The notes: a model not told the origin generated them from the letters alone. A stretch of DNA of 64,000 nucleotides from Candidatus Thorarchaeota archaeon (GCA_046482545.1 JAWOEX010000045.1:1-64000); one strand, 5' to 3'. Counted from the stretch's first letter, positions 9,086 through 19,329 are shown. Numbers and translations are program-made.

Positions 9086-11908
9086 ATGTTCGTGTTGACC
9101 AAACTTGCATCTCAAAAGCGTCGAGTTCTGGCGACCTTACTCATTTTTGCCCTATCTGCAGGAGTCCTAGGTGGAGTGCTCTTCTACATCGACAGCATCG
9201 GCCCCTCGGTCCAGCACGACATGCTGGATGATGTGGCGGTTGACGCACAGGTTTCACTATCCTCTGGCTTCCATCAACAGAATGAGACCTCACTTGCTGA
9301 CCTACAGAGCACGATTCGCGAGCAAAATCATGTCCTCGGGACTGAAGGGGTGACTCTGGTGCAGTCCTATGACCAGGAGATAGACGACTATCGGTTTGAG
9401 GACCAGGTCTACCTTGGCGTAGGCGATGAGCTTCTTTCGCAATTCCCGGGTGCGTTCACCATCTTGGAGAGCACCGGGGAACTGGAGGATTCATCGTGTT
9501 ATGTGGAAACGAACACCCTCTCCTATCTCGGGCTTGGCATCGGTGACAACTTCACCGCAAAGGCCCGCACTACAGATGAAAGTGGGCAACCCGTGAACAT
9601 AACGCAGAGCTTCGAAATAGTCGGAACGTTCGAGAGCGATTTGTTCTGGCGAGAAGGGTATGGAGACCAGCCCGGCTTCACGACACTCCGGATGATTACG
9701 ACCAAACCTGGATTGGAGACTGCGTTCAGTCAGCTCGGGCATACAGGATGGGAGAGCATGAGGAACCAGATCTGGGTGGACATGGACGCTTCCGCCATCC
9801 TGTCCCAACAGGAAAACCGACCAGCACAGCTGGCAGATGACATTGGTGACCAGATCGAGCAAAGCATCCTACCTTTCGGTGTCGTCTCTCAGTTTGAACT
9901 CAGGCAGACCTTATCGGCTTATGAGACCTGGTCGAGCACCATGTCCTCGCTCTCACTCATCTTCTCCGTGCCCACCTTGACGATGGCCATCATGCTCGTG
10001 TACTACAATGCCACATTGCGTTCTGATGAGCAGCGGCGGGATGCCGGCACTCTCAAAACGCGGGGTGCGACAGGCTGGCAGGTCTTCAGATGGGTGCTTC
10101 TGCAATCGGTTGCGATAGGCTTCGTTGGGAGTATAGCCGCGGTCGGTACTGGCATGGTCTCAGCACTACTATCAGGTTCCGTACGCACGTTCCTTGAATT
10201 CAGCTTCCAGCAGCTCTCGTCGTTCGTGCTGCTTGTTGAGCTTGATGCTATCATGTTTGTGTTCTTGTTTGCGTTCGGACTCGGCGTGATAGTCTCGATC
10301 CCGATGGCTGTACAGGCATTGCTCATGTCCCCTGAGGAGGCTCATGGGTGGCTGGAGCGACAGGTCCTGGCAACAGGGGAACAGTTGACAAACCCGGTGG
10401 TTGATTTCGTGGCTGTGGGGGCATCTGCTTACTTGCTCTTCCCACTGATTGGAAACTTCGGGTACGCGTCATCAGCGCCTCAGCTTAGAACGTTCTACTT
10501 CTTCGTTCTGGTCATGGTGCTGATGGGGATGTTCGTGTTCTCTTTTGCACGGTTGCTTTCTCGAGGCGGTCCACGGCTCAAATCGGCTGTGTTTGGCAGG
10601 ATGCAGTCTGACAGGTATGCACCGGTCTCCAAGGTGCTCTCGCGCAATGTCAAGCTGTTCAGGAAAACAGATGCGCTTGGCATAGTGTTCATAGCCATGG
10701 TTTTCACTGCTGGAATCTTCAGTTCCCTTTCCGCGGAGACAGGTCGCAGCCATACCCAGCACCTGTACAAGTTTGAGGTCGGGGCAGATATCCATGCGAC
10801 TGTTCGTTCCGATGTAACCAATGTCACAGCAGATCTGGCTGAGGAAATCACTGCTATTGATGGAGTAGTAGCCGCGTCTGCTGTCCTCGAAACGAGAGGT
10901 CGTGTCGCCTATATCGAGGAGGAGCAGGATGGGGATAGACACTATCGGAATCAAAGCATCACGATTCTCGGGGTTCAACCTGAGGCGTGGGCCCAATCGG
11001 CGTTCTGGCTAGATTATTTCACCAAAGACCACATTCCCAGGCAAGCACTGCAGAAGCTTGCTGAGAGCAATCAGAACGTCATCACGTCATTCAAACCCGT
11101 GATAGGTTTTGGCGGAGGATTCTTGAGAAACGCACCGATATACGATGATGAAGTAACAGTCAGGATAGGTGATGCAGCAAACCACACGGTTTCTGAATAC
11201 CACATCGTCGATGTCATGTCTACGTTCTACCAAGGCGGCAAAGGATGTGTTCCGGGAAGGCCTGACCTTCTTCGCTCCTTTGTGATTATGAACCTGAACC
11301 ACCTTCAAGAGCAATTGAACACTACGAGGGTAACCAGTTTCTACTGCAACCTTGACCAATCCGCCAATGACACAGCGGTGTTAGAAGAAATCACAGCGCT
11401 GACTCCCGGTTTCGGAAACATGGAATCTTCCGAACAGCGGATTCAGAAAGCACTGGATTCAGAAGCAGCCCAGACCATCCACGGCATCTATACGCTCAAC
11501 GTGGTCTTCTCGTTCATCTATCTGACCGCTGGAATCGCTATCGTGACGGTCGTGAGAATCGATAATCTACGCAAGCAACTTTCGATGCTTCGGGCACTTG
11601 GAACGGACCGTGGCTCGATTATGGGGCCACTCCTTGCTGATGCTGTTGCAAGCGTCCTTGGAGCGGCCATTATCGGGTCCGTGGTTTCGTTGATCCTCGT
11701 GTTCTTCGCTCTACAGATCCCGCTTGCGTTCCTTGGACCAACATCGTCCTTGCAGTGGTTCCGGCTCCCGGTTCGAATCTCTGTCCCCATCGTACTCCTC
11801 ACGATTATTGTAGCTGTGACGCTGGTGGTTGTTGCTGTAACGGTGTATGTGGTGACGAAGTCCCACCTTGAGCGGAGTGTGGCTGAGGAAATCCAATATG
11901 TGAGTTGA
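9086..11908 (+). CDS. MacB/FtsX-type ABC permease (two FtsX domains)
   Basis: 940 aa; GTLKTRGAT and LSMLRALG motifs; abuts the neighbouring genes. Confidence 0.85.
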   Translation: MFVLTKLASQKRRVLATLLIFALSAGVLGGVLFYIDSIGPSVQHDMLDDVAVDAQVSLSSGFHQQNETSLADLQSTIREQNHVLGTEGVTLVQSYDQEIDDYRFEDQVYLGVGDELLSQFPGAFTILESTGELEDSSCYVETNTLSYLGLGIGDNFTAKARTTDESGQPVNITQSFEIVGTFESDLFWREGYGDQPGFTTLRMITTKPGLETAFSQLGHTGWESMRNQIWVDMDASAILSQQENRPAQLADDIGDQIEQSILPFGVVSQFELRQTLSAYETWSSTMSSLSLIFSVPTLTMAIMLVYYNATLRSDEQRRDAGTLKTRGATGWQVFRWVLLQSVAIGFVGSIAAVGTGMVSALLSGSVRTFLEFSFQQLSSFVLLVELDAIMFVFLFAFGLGVIVSIPMAVQALLMSPEEAHGWLERQVLATGEQLTNPVVDFVAVGASAYLLFPLIGNFGYASSAPQLRTFYFFVLVMVLMGMFVFSFARLLSRGGPRLKSAVFGRMQSDRYAPVSKVLSRNVKLFRKTDALGIVFIAMVFTAGIFSSLSAETGRSHTQHLYKFEVGADIHATVRSDVTNVTADLAEEITAIDGVVAASAVLETRGRVAYIEEEQDGDRHYRNQSITILGVQPEAWAQSAFWLDYFTKDHIPRQALQKLAESNQNVITSFKPVIGFGGGFLRNAPIYDDEVTVRIGDAANHTVSEYHIVDVMSTFYQGGKGCVPGRPDLLRSFVIMNLNHLQEQLNTTRVTSFYCNLDQSANDTAVLEEITALTPGFGNMESSEQRIQKALDSEAAQTIHGIYTLNVVFSFIYLTAGIAIVTVVRIDNLRKQLSMLRALGTDRGSIMGPLLADAVASVLGAAIIGSVVSLILVFFALQIPLAFLGPTSSLQWFRLPVRISVPIVLLTIIVAVTLVVVAVTVYVVTKSHLERSVAEEIQYVS

Positions 11909-12778
11909 ATGACAATGGAAGATTTAGAGACCATAGCGGAGGAAAACAAACTCGTCGTACGCGACCTCATGAAAGTATATCGCAGAGGACGGAAGGAGGT
12001 CATCGCCCTGAGGGGCATGGATTTTGAGGTGGACCATGGAGCGTTTATCTCGATAGTTGGGCCATCAGGATCGGGGAAGTCCACTTTGCTGAAGCTCATT
12101 GGGGCGTTGGACACACCCACCGCGGGCAAAGTGCTCTTCGACGGTCATAACATCACCCTTCTAGACGATAGGCGCGCGATGCTGTACCGACGCAAGAAAG
12201 TGGGATTCGTCTGGCAGGTGGGGAACCTCATTCCCGGTCTCTCTGCACTGAAGAACGTGAAGGTCCCCATGAAGCTTGCAGATGCACCAAAGGAGCACGT
12301 GGACAAACGAGCTAGGGAGCTCCTGGAGACGTTCAATCTTGAACACAGGATGGACCACAAACCGAACCAGTTATCCGGAGGAGAGAACCAGCGTGTGGCC
12401 ATCTGTGTTGCTCTCGCGAACCAACCGGAGCTGTTGCTTGCAGACGAAGTTACTGGCGAGCTGGATACCGAAACCGCAGCTATAGTCATGGACGCCTTAC
12501 GAAAGACAAACCGTGAATTCGGCACCACGATAGTCAATGTAACACATAACCCTCGCGTTGCTGAATATGCGGATAGGATATTGCGGATCAGGGACGGCCT
12601 CATAGAAGGCCAGAAGCATACCCTCTATGGTGATATCACGGAAATCGATGCCAAAGGGCGACTGGTTATTCCTGAAGCAGTCCGGAGGATGGCGGGGCTT
12701 GAAAAACGAGTCGTTCTGAGAGCGACCTCTGAAGGGTTGCTCATCAGGCCACTAGACACCGAGGAAGACATGGAATAG
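11909..12778 (+). CDS. LolD/MacB-type ABC ATPase with C-terminal AbrB/MraZ-like domain
   Basis: GPSGSGKS, LSGGENQR, LLADE; C-terminal EIDAKGRLVIPEAVRRMAGL. Confidence 0.9.
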   Translation: MTMEDLETIAEENKLVVRDLMKVYRRGRKEVIALRGMDFEVDHGAFISIVGPSGSGKSTLLKLIGALDTPTAGKVLFDGHNITLLDDRRAMLYRRKKVGFVWQVGNLIPGLSALKNVKVPMKLADAPKEHVDKRARELLETFNLEHRMDHKPNQLSGGENQRVAICVALANQPELLLADEVTGELDTETAAIVMDALRKTNREFGTTIVNVTHNPRVAEYADRILRIRDGLIEGQKHTLYGDITEIDAKGRLVIPEAVRRMAGLEKRVVLRATSEGLLIRPLDTEEDME

Positions 12779-12820
12779 CCTATGGAAAGGGGTTACTTGT
12801 AGACCAAATCCTTTTGCTAT

Positions 12821-13558
12821 CTATTCAACGCCCACGATTTCGCCGTCTCTCATGCGGTAGGTCTTATCCATTTGCTTACCGACTTCAGGGTCATGAGTAA
12901 CAGACACGAGTGTCCCGCCCTCTCCTTTTGTCAGATTAACCAACACATCGACAATTTCCTGTCCGGTTTGGGTATCGAGGTCTCCCGTCGGTTCGTCAGC
13001 TAGGACAACCACCGAACTTGCCGCTCCCTCTGGCTTAGCAAGTGCCCTGGCGATGGCGACGCGCTGCTGTTCACCACCGGATAGCTCATCAGGTCTGTGC
13101 TCAGCTCGTTCTGTCAATCCAACGAGACTCAGCAGGTGTTCTACCCTGTCTCTCCTCTGTTCTTCCTCGACACCAGCAATGAGCAACGGTAATTCTACAT
13201 TTTCGTATGCTGTCAAAACCGGCAAGAGGTTGAAGAACTGGAAGACGAAACTGATCTTATCCCGTCTGATGCGAGTGAGTTCCTTTTCTGACATCTCGGT
13301 GATGGCTGTTCCATCTATTACTACAGTTCCACTGGTTGGTCTATCAAGTGCCCCAATCATGTTGAGCAACGTAGTCTTGCCTGATCCCGAGGGTCCCATG
13401 ATTGCTATGGCTTCTCCTTGCTTCACTTCCAAATCTACACTACGTAGAGCTGGAACATCCACTTCGCTTGAAAGGCGATAGACCTTTGAAACATCACTCA
13501 ATTGTAGTATGTTGGATTCCAAAGAGTTTCCTACTCCCTCTATCGTAACATGCACCAA
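12821..13558 (-). CDS. LolD/MacB-type ABC ATPase
   Basis: GPSGSGKT, LSGGEQQR, LADEPTG, VTHD; the true start may lie slightly inside the ORF. Confidence 0.92.
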   Translation of the reverse strand: MVHVTIEGVGNSLESNILQLSDVSKVYRLSSEVDVPALRSVDLEVKQGEAIAIMGPSGSGKTTLLNMIGALDRPTSGTVVIDGTAITEMSEKELTRIRRDKISFVFQFFNLLPVLTAYENVELPLLIAGVEEEQRRDRVEHLLSLVGLTERAEHRPDELSGGEQQRVAIARALAKPEGAASSVVVLADEPTGDLDTQTGQEIVDVLVNLTKGEGGTLVSVTHDPEVGKQMDKTYRMRDGEIVGVE

Positions 13559-13665
13559 CCATCCCTTAATTGAGTTTCCTCTCTTCTTTCCATTAGAACC
13601 AAGAAGTGTCTATGGAATGTAGCCTAACATACAGACAGATTAATGCCGGAGTGGAGAAACAATTT

Positions 13666-13840
13666 CGCTTTCAGAGCGAGGCACCTTGTACAGACGAGCG
13701 GGGTTAGAGAACAGGGAGTTTGCCCTCCTGACACTGTTGAGCACCTTCTATATTTTGCATATGTTTTACAAAACTGAGTTGAGAGACCGTCTTTCTACTG
13801 ACTATTTTCGATTTGTTTCAGCAGTTTGTTTGCTGTTTCA
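13666..13840 (+). repeat. Repeat R2: near-identical copy of the 16S trailer plus the last ~14 codons of the 365-aa gene
   Basis: CGCTTTCAGAGCG...GTACAGACGAGCGGGGTTAGAGAACAGGGAGTTTGCC...CTACTGACTA; the minus-strand tail reads ETANKLLKQIENSQ*. Confidence 0.95.
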
Positions 13841-13912
13841 GGACCATTATGAAAATATCCTCCAAAACCGATGATATATATCTATATATGTATATGTAGA
13901 ATATGATGAACG

Positions 13913-14161
13913 ATGGTTTCTAAGACCATATCCGTCACTGAAGATGTGTATAACCTCCTCAAGAAAATGAAGTTACCTGGCGAGAGTTTCGGTGATACTA
14001 TAGCTCGACTCGCTAGAGGAAAGACTACAACATCGCTTCGAATGTGGGCGAAAACATCGGAAGGGTGGTCAGATTTGACGGATGCTGAAGATCGCAAGCT
14101 CGAAGAGACTCTAGAACAGATTGGAGAAGGCTTTGATTTGGAGCGAGTTGATCTGTCTTGA
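13913..14161 (+). CDS. vapB: VapB-type antitoxin (archaeal DUF217-like)
   Basis: KTISVTEDVYNLLKKMKLPGESFGDTIARL; overlaps the downstream PIN gene. Confidence 0.85.
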   Translation: MVSKTISVTEDVYNLLKKMKLPGESFGDTIARLARGKTTTSLRMWAKTSEGWSDLTDAEDRKLEETLEQIGEGFDLERVDLS

Positions 14162-14565
14162 TATTCTTGGATACGACTTTCCTCGTTGATGTTCTTCGAA
14201 AAGATGGTGCAGCGATTGAATGGCTTGACAGCTCAGAAGAGGAACCCCTGTATACTTCGGAAATCAACACATTTGAACTGTACACTGGGCTCTATAGAAT
14301 CTCTAAGGCTTCACGAGATAAAATCCAGAGACGCACAGAAGAATTGGAGCAGATTCTGGCCAGAGTTGAAGTCCTTCCCTTCGAGAGAGATGCATCACTT
14401 GAGTCCGCTAATATTCTTGCTGAGCTACTGAGCAAAGGCACTCCCATTGGCACCCGTGATGTAATGATTGCTGGAACTGCGTTGTCAAAGGGAATCAATC
14501 GTGTACTTACTCGAAATGTTCAGCATTTTGAGAGAATCTCAAGAATTTCTGTGGAATCTTACTAA
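14158..14565 (+). CDS. vapC: VapC PIN-domain toxin
   Basis: FLDTTFLVD...E...DVMIAGTA...LTRNVQHF. Confidence 0.92.
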   Translation: MIFLDTTFLVDVLRKDGAAIEWLDSSEEEPLYTSEINTFELYTGLYRISKASRDKIQRRTEELEQILARVEVLPFERDASLESANILAELLSKGTPIGTRDVMIAGTALSKGINRVLTRNVQHFERISRISVESY

Positions 14566-14635
14566 ATCTTACCATGGGGGGCATTGAGGATGGAATACAC
14601 CCTATGTTCGAGCTGTCAAACCCCCTTTTCATTTT

Positions 14636-15193
14636 TCATTTAGTTCCTTCTTGAAATTCAATCCACCTTTCGTAGATATCGAGGTTCTTGCACATCATCT
14701 CAATATAGCTGTAATCTAAGTCCTCTTCATTTCTAACAAGAATTCCTCGTGCATCACGAAGGTCCTGTTCTCCCCGGAAGAGTATCTTGTTGATGAGAGT
14801 GTCTTCTGCGGAACCCAAGTACACCTTCACCCCCGCAAACTCCACAGAAACTCTTCTCTCAAGAGTCATCTTGTCAAACTGGGAGCTTAACCCTTGAAGA
14901 TCAAGTCTGAGCAACCCATCTCCAACAAAGACGGTGCAATGAGTACCCTCTCTCAGGGCATCAGTCAGGTCTTTTTTCGAAACATCAACGCCTTCAGATT
15001 CCAAGAAAGAGGCGAACTGTTCGATTTCATAGTCCTCCAATCTTAGAATGAAATCAATGCCCACTGTGGTTCTTGGTACACCGTGGTACATCACCGCAAT
15101 TCCATCAACTATGACATATGCCATGTCATTTTCATTTAGATAACCACATACGAGGCGTAGCACTTCAACAATATCATCCACTATCTTTTGCAC
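14636..15193 (-). CDS. Nucleotidyltransferase-fold protein (DUF6036-like) with an altered catalytic motif
   Basis: YVIVDGIAV..HGVPRTTVGIDF, EDTLINK, QDLRDARGIL. Confidence 0.75.
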   Translation of the reverse strand: MQKIVDDIVEVLRLVCGYLNENDMAYVIVDGIAVMYHGVPRTTVGIDFILRLEDYEIEQFASFLESEGVDVSKKDLTDALREGTHCTVFVGDGLLRLDLQGLSSQFDKMTLERRVSVEFAGVKVYLGSAEDTLINKILFRGEQDLRDARGILVRNEEDLDYSYIEMMCKNLDIYERWIEFQEGTK

Positions 15194-15332
15194 CTGCCAT
15201 CTTCAAAGCTAGGTTTGACATTCTGATTCCGAGGGTCAAGGTCTCAAGACCTGTGAACCGTCTGGCTCTCTCAGCTGTCTTAATTTGATCCCTCTCACGC
15301 CGTTCTCTGACACTGTCCCTTGCTGATTTCAT
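15174..15332 (-). CDS. Small basic protein (52 aa), partner of the nucleotidyltransferase
   Basis: Read by hand, below the ORF-track cutoff: MKSARDSVRERRERDQIKTAERARRFTGLETLTLGIRMSNLALKMAGAKDSG*; overlaps the NTase start; GGTGAG upstream. Confidence 0.6.
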   Translation of the reverse strand: MKSARDSVRERRERDQIKTAERARRFTGLETLTLGIRMSNLALKMAGAKDSG

Positions 15333-15558
15333 TCAATCTCACCTATTATTCTAAGCGAGCCCTCATATGCTCTCCTTTTCATAGTGTTCCAATACCACCC
15401 TTACTTATGGACTCGAAAATGAAGAGAGACTTTGGCTTTCTATCAGACACATCATATGCTTTCCGCCTTACAGACAAAAAAGCGAGAGATATAGAACCAT
15501 GCTGGGTTAGTAGTGCAATTTAGGTTACTCAAGAAACTGAATCTCCCTTTCATGTGCG

Positions 15559-15650
15559 CTGTTGAGCACCCTCTATATTTTGCATATGTTTTACAAAACT
15601 GAGCTTAGATGCCGTTTCACTACTCGGCGTCTTTGATTTGCTTCAGCAGC
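15559..15650 (+). repeat. Repeat R3: 5'-truncated trailer copy plus gene tail
   Basis: CTGTTGAGCACCCTCTATATTTTGCATATGTTTTACAAAACTGAG...; the minus-strand tail reads LLKQIKDAE*. Confidence 0.9.
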
Positions 15651-15728
15651 CAAAACGAGTGTTCTTGTTGATTCTAAGGCATGAGTTTAAATGCTTTCAT
15701 GCACATATATACACAGAATGTGAACAGA

Positions 15729-15965
15729 ATGGGGTACAAGACAATCTCGCTCTCGGAGGAAGCGTACGAGATTCTCAAGAATGCGAAAAGAGAGAACGAG
15801 AGCTTCAGTCAAGTTGTCATCAGACTAGCAAGTAGACGGTCACTTGATGCTTTTGTCGGATGCATTTCCAAGGAATCGGTTGAAAAGCTATCAGATGCAA
15901 TGGACACGTTTCGGAAAGAGCGGGGTAAAATCTGGTCGGAGAGCATGGAAAAGATGGTAGGTTGA
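15729..15965 (+). CDS. vapB: VapB-type antitoxin
   Basis: MGYKTISLSEEAYEILKNAKRENESFSQVVIRL. Confidence 0.85.
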   Translation: MGYKTISLSEEAYEILKNAKRENESFSQVVIRLASRRSLDAFVGCISKESVEKLSDAMDTFRKERGKIWSESMEKMVG

Positions 15966-15972
15966 GATTCCC

Positions 15973-16365
15973 GTGATAGCTGATTCCTGTTTTGTTATAG
16001 ATCTCATGAGGGAAAATGAAGGCGCTTTGAAGAAGCTGGTTGAGATTCGGGAGAACAATCGCTTACAGTATATTGCATCGCCTACCGTCATGGAGTTGGC
16101 AGTTGGTGTTGCATTAGCTGGCCTCCCAACAAAAGAGCGGGAAGAAATCGACGAGATTCTTGCAGAATTCCAAGTCATTCCCCTTGATACTGATTCTGCA
16201 TGGCGCGCAGGAATAGAATTGGGCAGACTCCGAAAGACCGGGAAGATAACCGATCCGATAGATGGCCAAATCGCCGGGATTGCTCTTCAACATGATGAGC
16301 CCATAGTGACACGCAATGAGAAGCACTTTGAGTTGTTCGAAGGCCTTCAAGTTGAAACCTATTAG
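15973..16365 (+). CDS. vapC: VapC PIN-domain toxin
   Basis: IADSCFVID...ELAVG...DGQIAGIA...VTRNEKHF. Confidence 0.92.
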   Translation: MIADSCFVIDLMRENEGALKKLVEIRENNRLQYIASPTVMELAVGVALAGLPTKEREEIDEILAEFQVIPLDTDSAWRAGIELGRLRKTGKITDPIDGQIAGIALQHDEPIVTRNEKHFELFEGLQVETY

Positions 16366-16450
16366 TTCTCTTTGAACTAGGAGGGTCTAAGAGGCTATGG
16401 CGTAATCATGGAGATTGAATCAAACAGAGTTGACTACACGCTTTTCTCCC

Positions 16451-16606
16451 CCCTATATTTTGCACAAGATTACAACGCTGAGTCGACAGGCCGTTTGGCT
16501 ACTGACTATCTTCGATTTGCTTCAATAATTCAATCGCTGCTTTGAGTCCTAGTCGCGTATCATCGTCTCATTTCTACAGGTATCTTTCATAGATGGCGAT
16601 TGCTTC
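16451..16606 (+). repeat. Repeat R4: 5'-truncated trailer copy plus a degenerate gene tail
   Basis: CTATATTTTGCACAAGATTACAACG...CTACTGACTATCTTCGATTTG; the minus-strand tail EAIAIYERYL*K*DDDTRLGLKAAIELLKQIEDSQ* has internal stops. Confidence 0.9.
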
Positions 16607-17386
16607 CTACTTACCGTGGGTCTCGGTATATCTGATGACTAGTGAAAATGCCAGGCCGGCAGTCAGAAAGAATCCAAAGCTGGAAATAAGCGGCATTATA
16701 GAGGGACTGATATTCGTCATGAGAAAGGCATCAAGCAGCGATTTCTGAGCGTCAGGCAAGAATACGGACAATAGGGGGAGCAAAAAATGGAATAGACCGC
16801 TGCTACCAGAGCCCAAGAACGCATTCGGGATATAGAGCAAAAACAACATGAACACATGCACTATCATTTTTTGAATTCCTTGGCCGGGAAGGACATACAA
16901 TAGGAACCCTATTCCGGTAATAAGAAATAGGCTAGTCAAATGGAGAACCATCATCGCAAATCCAATTGAAAGGATTTCAACCGCGGTGACAGAAAGGAGC
17001 CAGTATTGGATTAGGAGACCCCCCTCAAAGAACAATATCACTAATGAAAGAACTACTATCTTCGTACCAATAAGAAGCCGTTTTGAAATGGGTTGCTGTA
17101 ATAGAGTGGCTTCAATCTTGTTCTGTTTTTCTGAGAGGAACAGCTGGTAAAAGAGACCTGCAAATATGAGCTGGATTATGAGGAACGTCCCACCCTGCAT
17201 GAACTCAATTTGGAGGACCATCCCCAAATACGGAAACGAATCCTCGAAGGGGAATTCGAGATATGCAACAGCTCTGATGATCCATAGTATTGCCATGGCA
17301 GTACCTGCGAACTTGAAACACTCTGTACTCCTGGCCAGTATGAATGCCTTGCGCGCTGTTAGCTTGACACGCCCCATCGATTTCAT
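16607..17386 (-). CDS. ABC-2 type permease
   Basis: Multiple TM segments, TLLQQPISK motif; ATGA overlap with the upstream permease. Confidence 0.75.
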   Translation of the reverse strand: MKSMGRVKLTARKAFILARSTECFKFAGTAMAILWIIRAVAYLEFPFEDSFPYLGMVLQIEFMQGGTFLIIQLIFAGLFYQLFLSEKQNKIEATLLQQPISKRLLIGTKIVVLSLVILFFEGGLLIQYWLLSVTAVEILSIGFAMMVLHLTSLFLITGIGFLLYVLPGQGIQKMIVHVFMLFLLYIPNAFLGSGSSGLFHFLLPLLSVFLPDAQKSLLDAFLMTNISPSIMPLISSFGFFLTAGLAFSLVIRYTETHGK

Positions 17387-18270
17387 CTCAAGAGTATTCT
17401 TCTTTGGATTTCTGTAAGGATTACAATGAACAATATACTTCCAATAATCCAAATATTGACTACTGTTCTGAGTGCTGATATAGGGACTTCCATCAAATTC
17501 CATACCGACCTTGCGTATCTCGCGTTGAATATGGGCTGATAGAACACATACAGCACAAGGAACTCAGAATGTCGAAGTCCAGCTCCTTCCACAGGTATCG
17601 TGTCCAAGTAATTGGAAAGAGGGGAGGGGAAGAACATCATATATGCTGTCACCGCTCCAAGAATCGGGTTCCTCAGTAGTTTCCCCAACAAGTAGGCCAA
17701 AGAAAACAGGAAGACATCATGAATCAGATAGACGAATACCGGAATCCCCATCGTCTGAATAAGCAACAGAGAAAACTCTAGATTCACGGATGCGATATTT
17801 ATTGAGTAGGTTACGATTGCTAGTACTAATAGACCTAAACGGCACGCAATCATGGGACCAATGGCGGCAAAAAATCGTGCGATAGAGAGAACTCGACTAC
17901 TAACTGGTTGAGTCATCAGTGTCTTATCCTCCGCTTCTATGGTATCGGTCAGGGCATGGAATATGACAAAGGTTTGAGCTGGAAGAATAAGATTCTGAAT
18001 CGAAGACTGAATTGATCGCATGCTGTACGCTAGGCCGTACATAGCATCACTTGGCATGTCGTGATTAGATATCTGTGTTATGTGATTCTTCATGAAACCC
18101 GGTAGAATCCGGAAGATGTCCCAAAGGCCCCAAACTATAATGAAGCCTAATGCTATCAGAAACAACCCGCTGATACTGTGAGATAGGGTCACTTTCATCA
18201 GAGCTAAAAACGATCTCAGTGACGACCGCAGTCTTGTTCCCAGTTTCCTCAGATTGCTCATATCAGTCAT
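17383..18270 (-). CDS. ABC-2 type permease
   Basis: TM-rich, TLMTQPVSS motif, downstream of an ABC ATPase. Confidence 0.75.
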   Translation of the reverse strand: MTDMSNLRKLGTRLRSSLRSFLALMKVTLSHSISGLFLIALGFIIVWGLWDIFRILPGFMKNHITQISNHDMPSDAMYGLAYSMRSIQSSIQNLILPAQTFVIFHALTDTIEAEDKTLMTQPVSSRVLSIARFFAAIGPMIACRLGLLVLAIVTYSINIASVNLEFSLLLIQTMGIPVFVYLIHDVFLFSLAYLLGKLLRNPILGAVTAYMMFFPSPLSNYLDTIPVEGAGLRHSEFLVLYVFYQPIFNARYARSVWNLMEVPISALRTVVNIWIIGSILFIVILTEIQRRILLR

Positions 18271-19243
18271 CACCCTCACCCTCTCCGAACATGATCCGTT
18301 CTAGTTCTCCTTTTGCAGGTTCAAATCTCTGCATGGTTAGTCCATGGTGGTGTACTCCCCTTGATACCAGATCGAAGAGGGTTTTCTCTTCACCCCTGAT
18401 ATACAATCGATGTCCATCTCTTGTTACTTCTTTTAGAGAGCCATTCTCCTGGAGATAATCGTAGAGCATCTCTGGTTTGTCTACCTCTACTAGGAATCTG
18501 GTCGGTCGTTTGATTTTACCAATCTCTGCCATGGTCCCAGCTGCTATGATCTCCCCTTTTGAGATGATCCATGCGTTCGTGCAGATTCGCTCCAAGTCAG
18601 CCAAGATATGACTTGAGATGAGAAAACTAGTGTTGTGCTCCTTGTAATATTGATTCACAGTCTCCATGAACAGCCTTCGCCCATCAGGATCAAGAGACTT
18701 TGTTGGCTCATCCAGAACCACAAAACGTGGCAATCCAACCAGCGCTACCGCAAGACCCAAACGTCTGCGCATTCCTGCTGAATACGTTGAGATTTTTCTG
18801 TTTTGGGCCCCCGACAACCCAACTTGATCCAAGAGGTTCTCTGTTTCCTTCTCAGATGAGCTTCCGTCAAACCCTCTTATTTCACATATATATTTCAGGT
18901 ATTTCCGCCCGCTTAGCGGAGGGTATTGTGGTTCTTCAAGTAGGAACCCCATTTCTGCCTTCATTCTTGTCGATTCTGACCACGGGTCATAACCGAGGAC
19001 TTCAAGATTACCAGAAGATTGATGCAACAACCCCGCAATTATCTTGATCAGCGTAGTTTTCCCTGCACCATTCGGCCCCACTAGCCCAAGAACGCCGCCG
19101 TCAAAGGAACCAGAGACGCTCACAAGCGCTCGCACTTGTTTCTGTCTCGGGATGAAGCCATCAAGAGTTATGTTTCGATAGGTCTTAGACAGGTCTTTGA
19201 GCTTGAGTAGAGAGTCACTACTCCTGCTTTCCGGTTTATTCAT
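18263..19243 (-). CDS. ABC-2 exporter ATPase
   Basis: GPNGAGKT, YSAGMRRR, LDEPT, SSHIL. Confidence 0.92.
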   Translation of the reverse strand: MNKPESRSSDSLLKLKDLSKTYRNITLDGFIPRQKQVRALVSVSGSFDGGVLGLVGPNGAGKTTLIKIIAGLLHQSSGNLEVLGYDPWSESTRMKAEMGFLLEEPQYPPLSGRKYLKYICEIRGFDGSSSEKETENLLDQVGLSGAQNRKISTYSAGMRRRLGLAVALVGLPRFVVLDEPTKSLDPDGRRLFMETVNQYYKEHNTSFLISSHILADLERICTNAWIISKGEIIAAGTMAEIGKIKRPTRFLVEVDKPEMLYDYLQENGSLKEVTRDGHRLYIRGEEKTLFDLVSRGVHHHGLTMQRFEPAKGELERIMFGEGEGDD

Positions 19244-19329
19244 TATATACCATCACCGCTTTCTTTGCACCTTGGAAATAAAAAGAGGGAATAGCTCCTT
19301 TCCATTGAAAAGAACTATATTCCTTTTAA

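Noticed and set aside
13686-13874. 62-aa ORF similar to the ORFs at 1389/1570
   Set aside because: The similarity is just the non-coding repeat read in frame.
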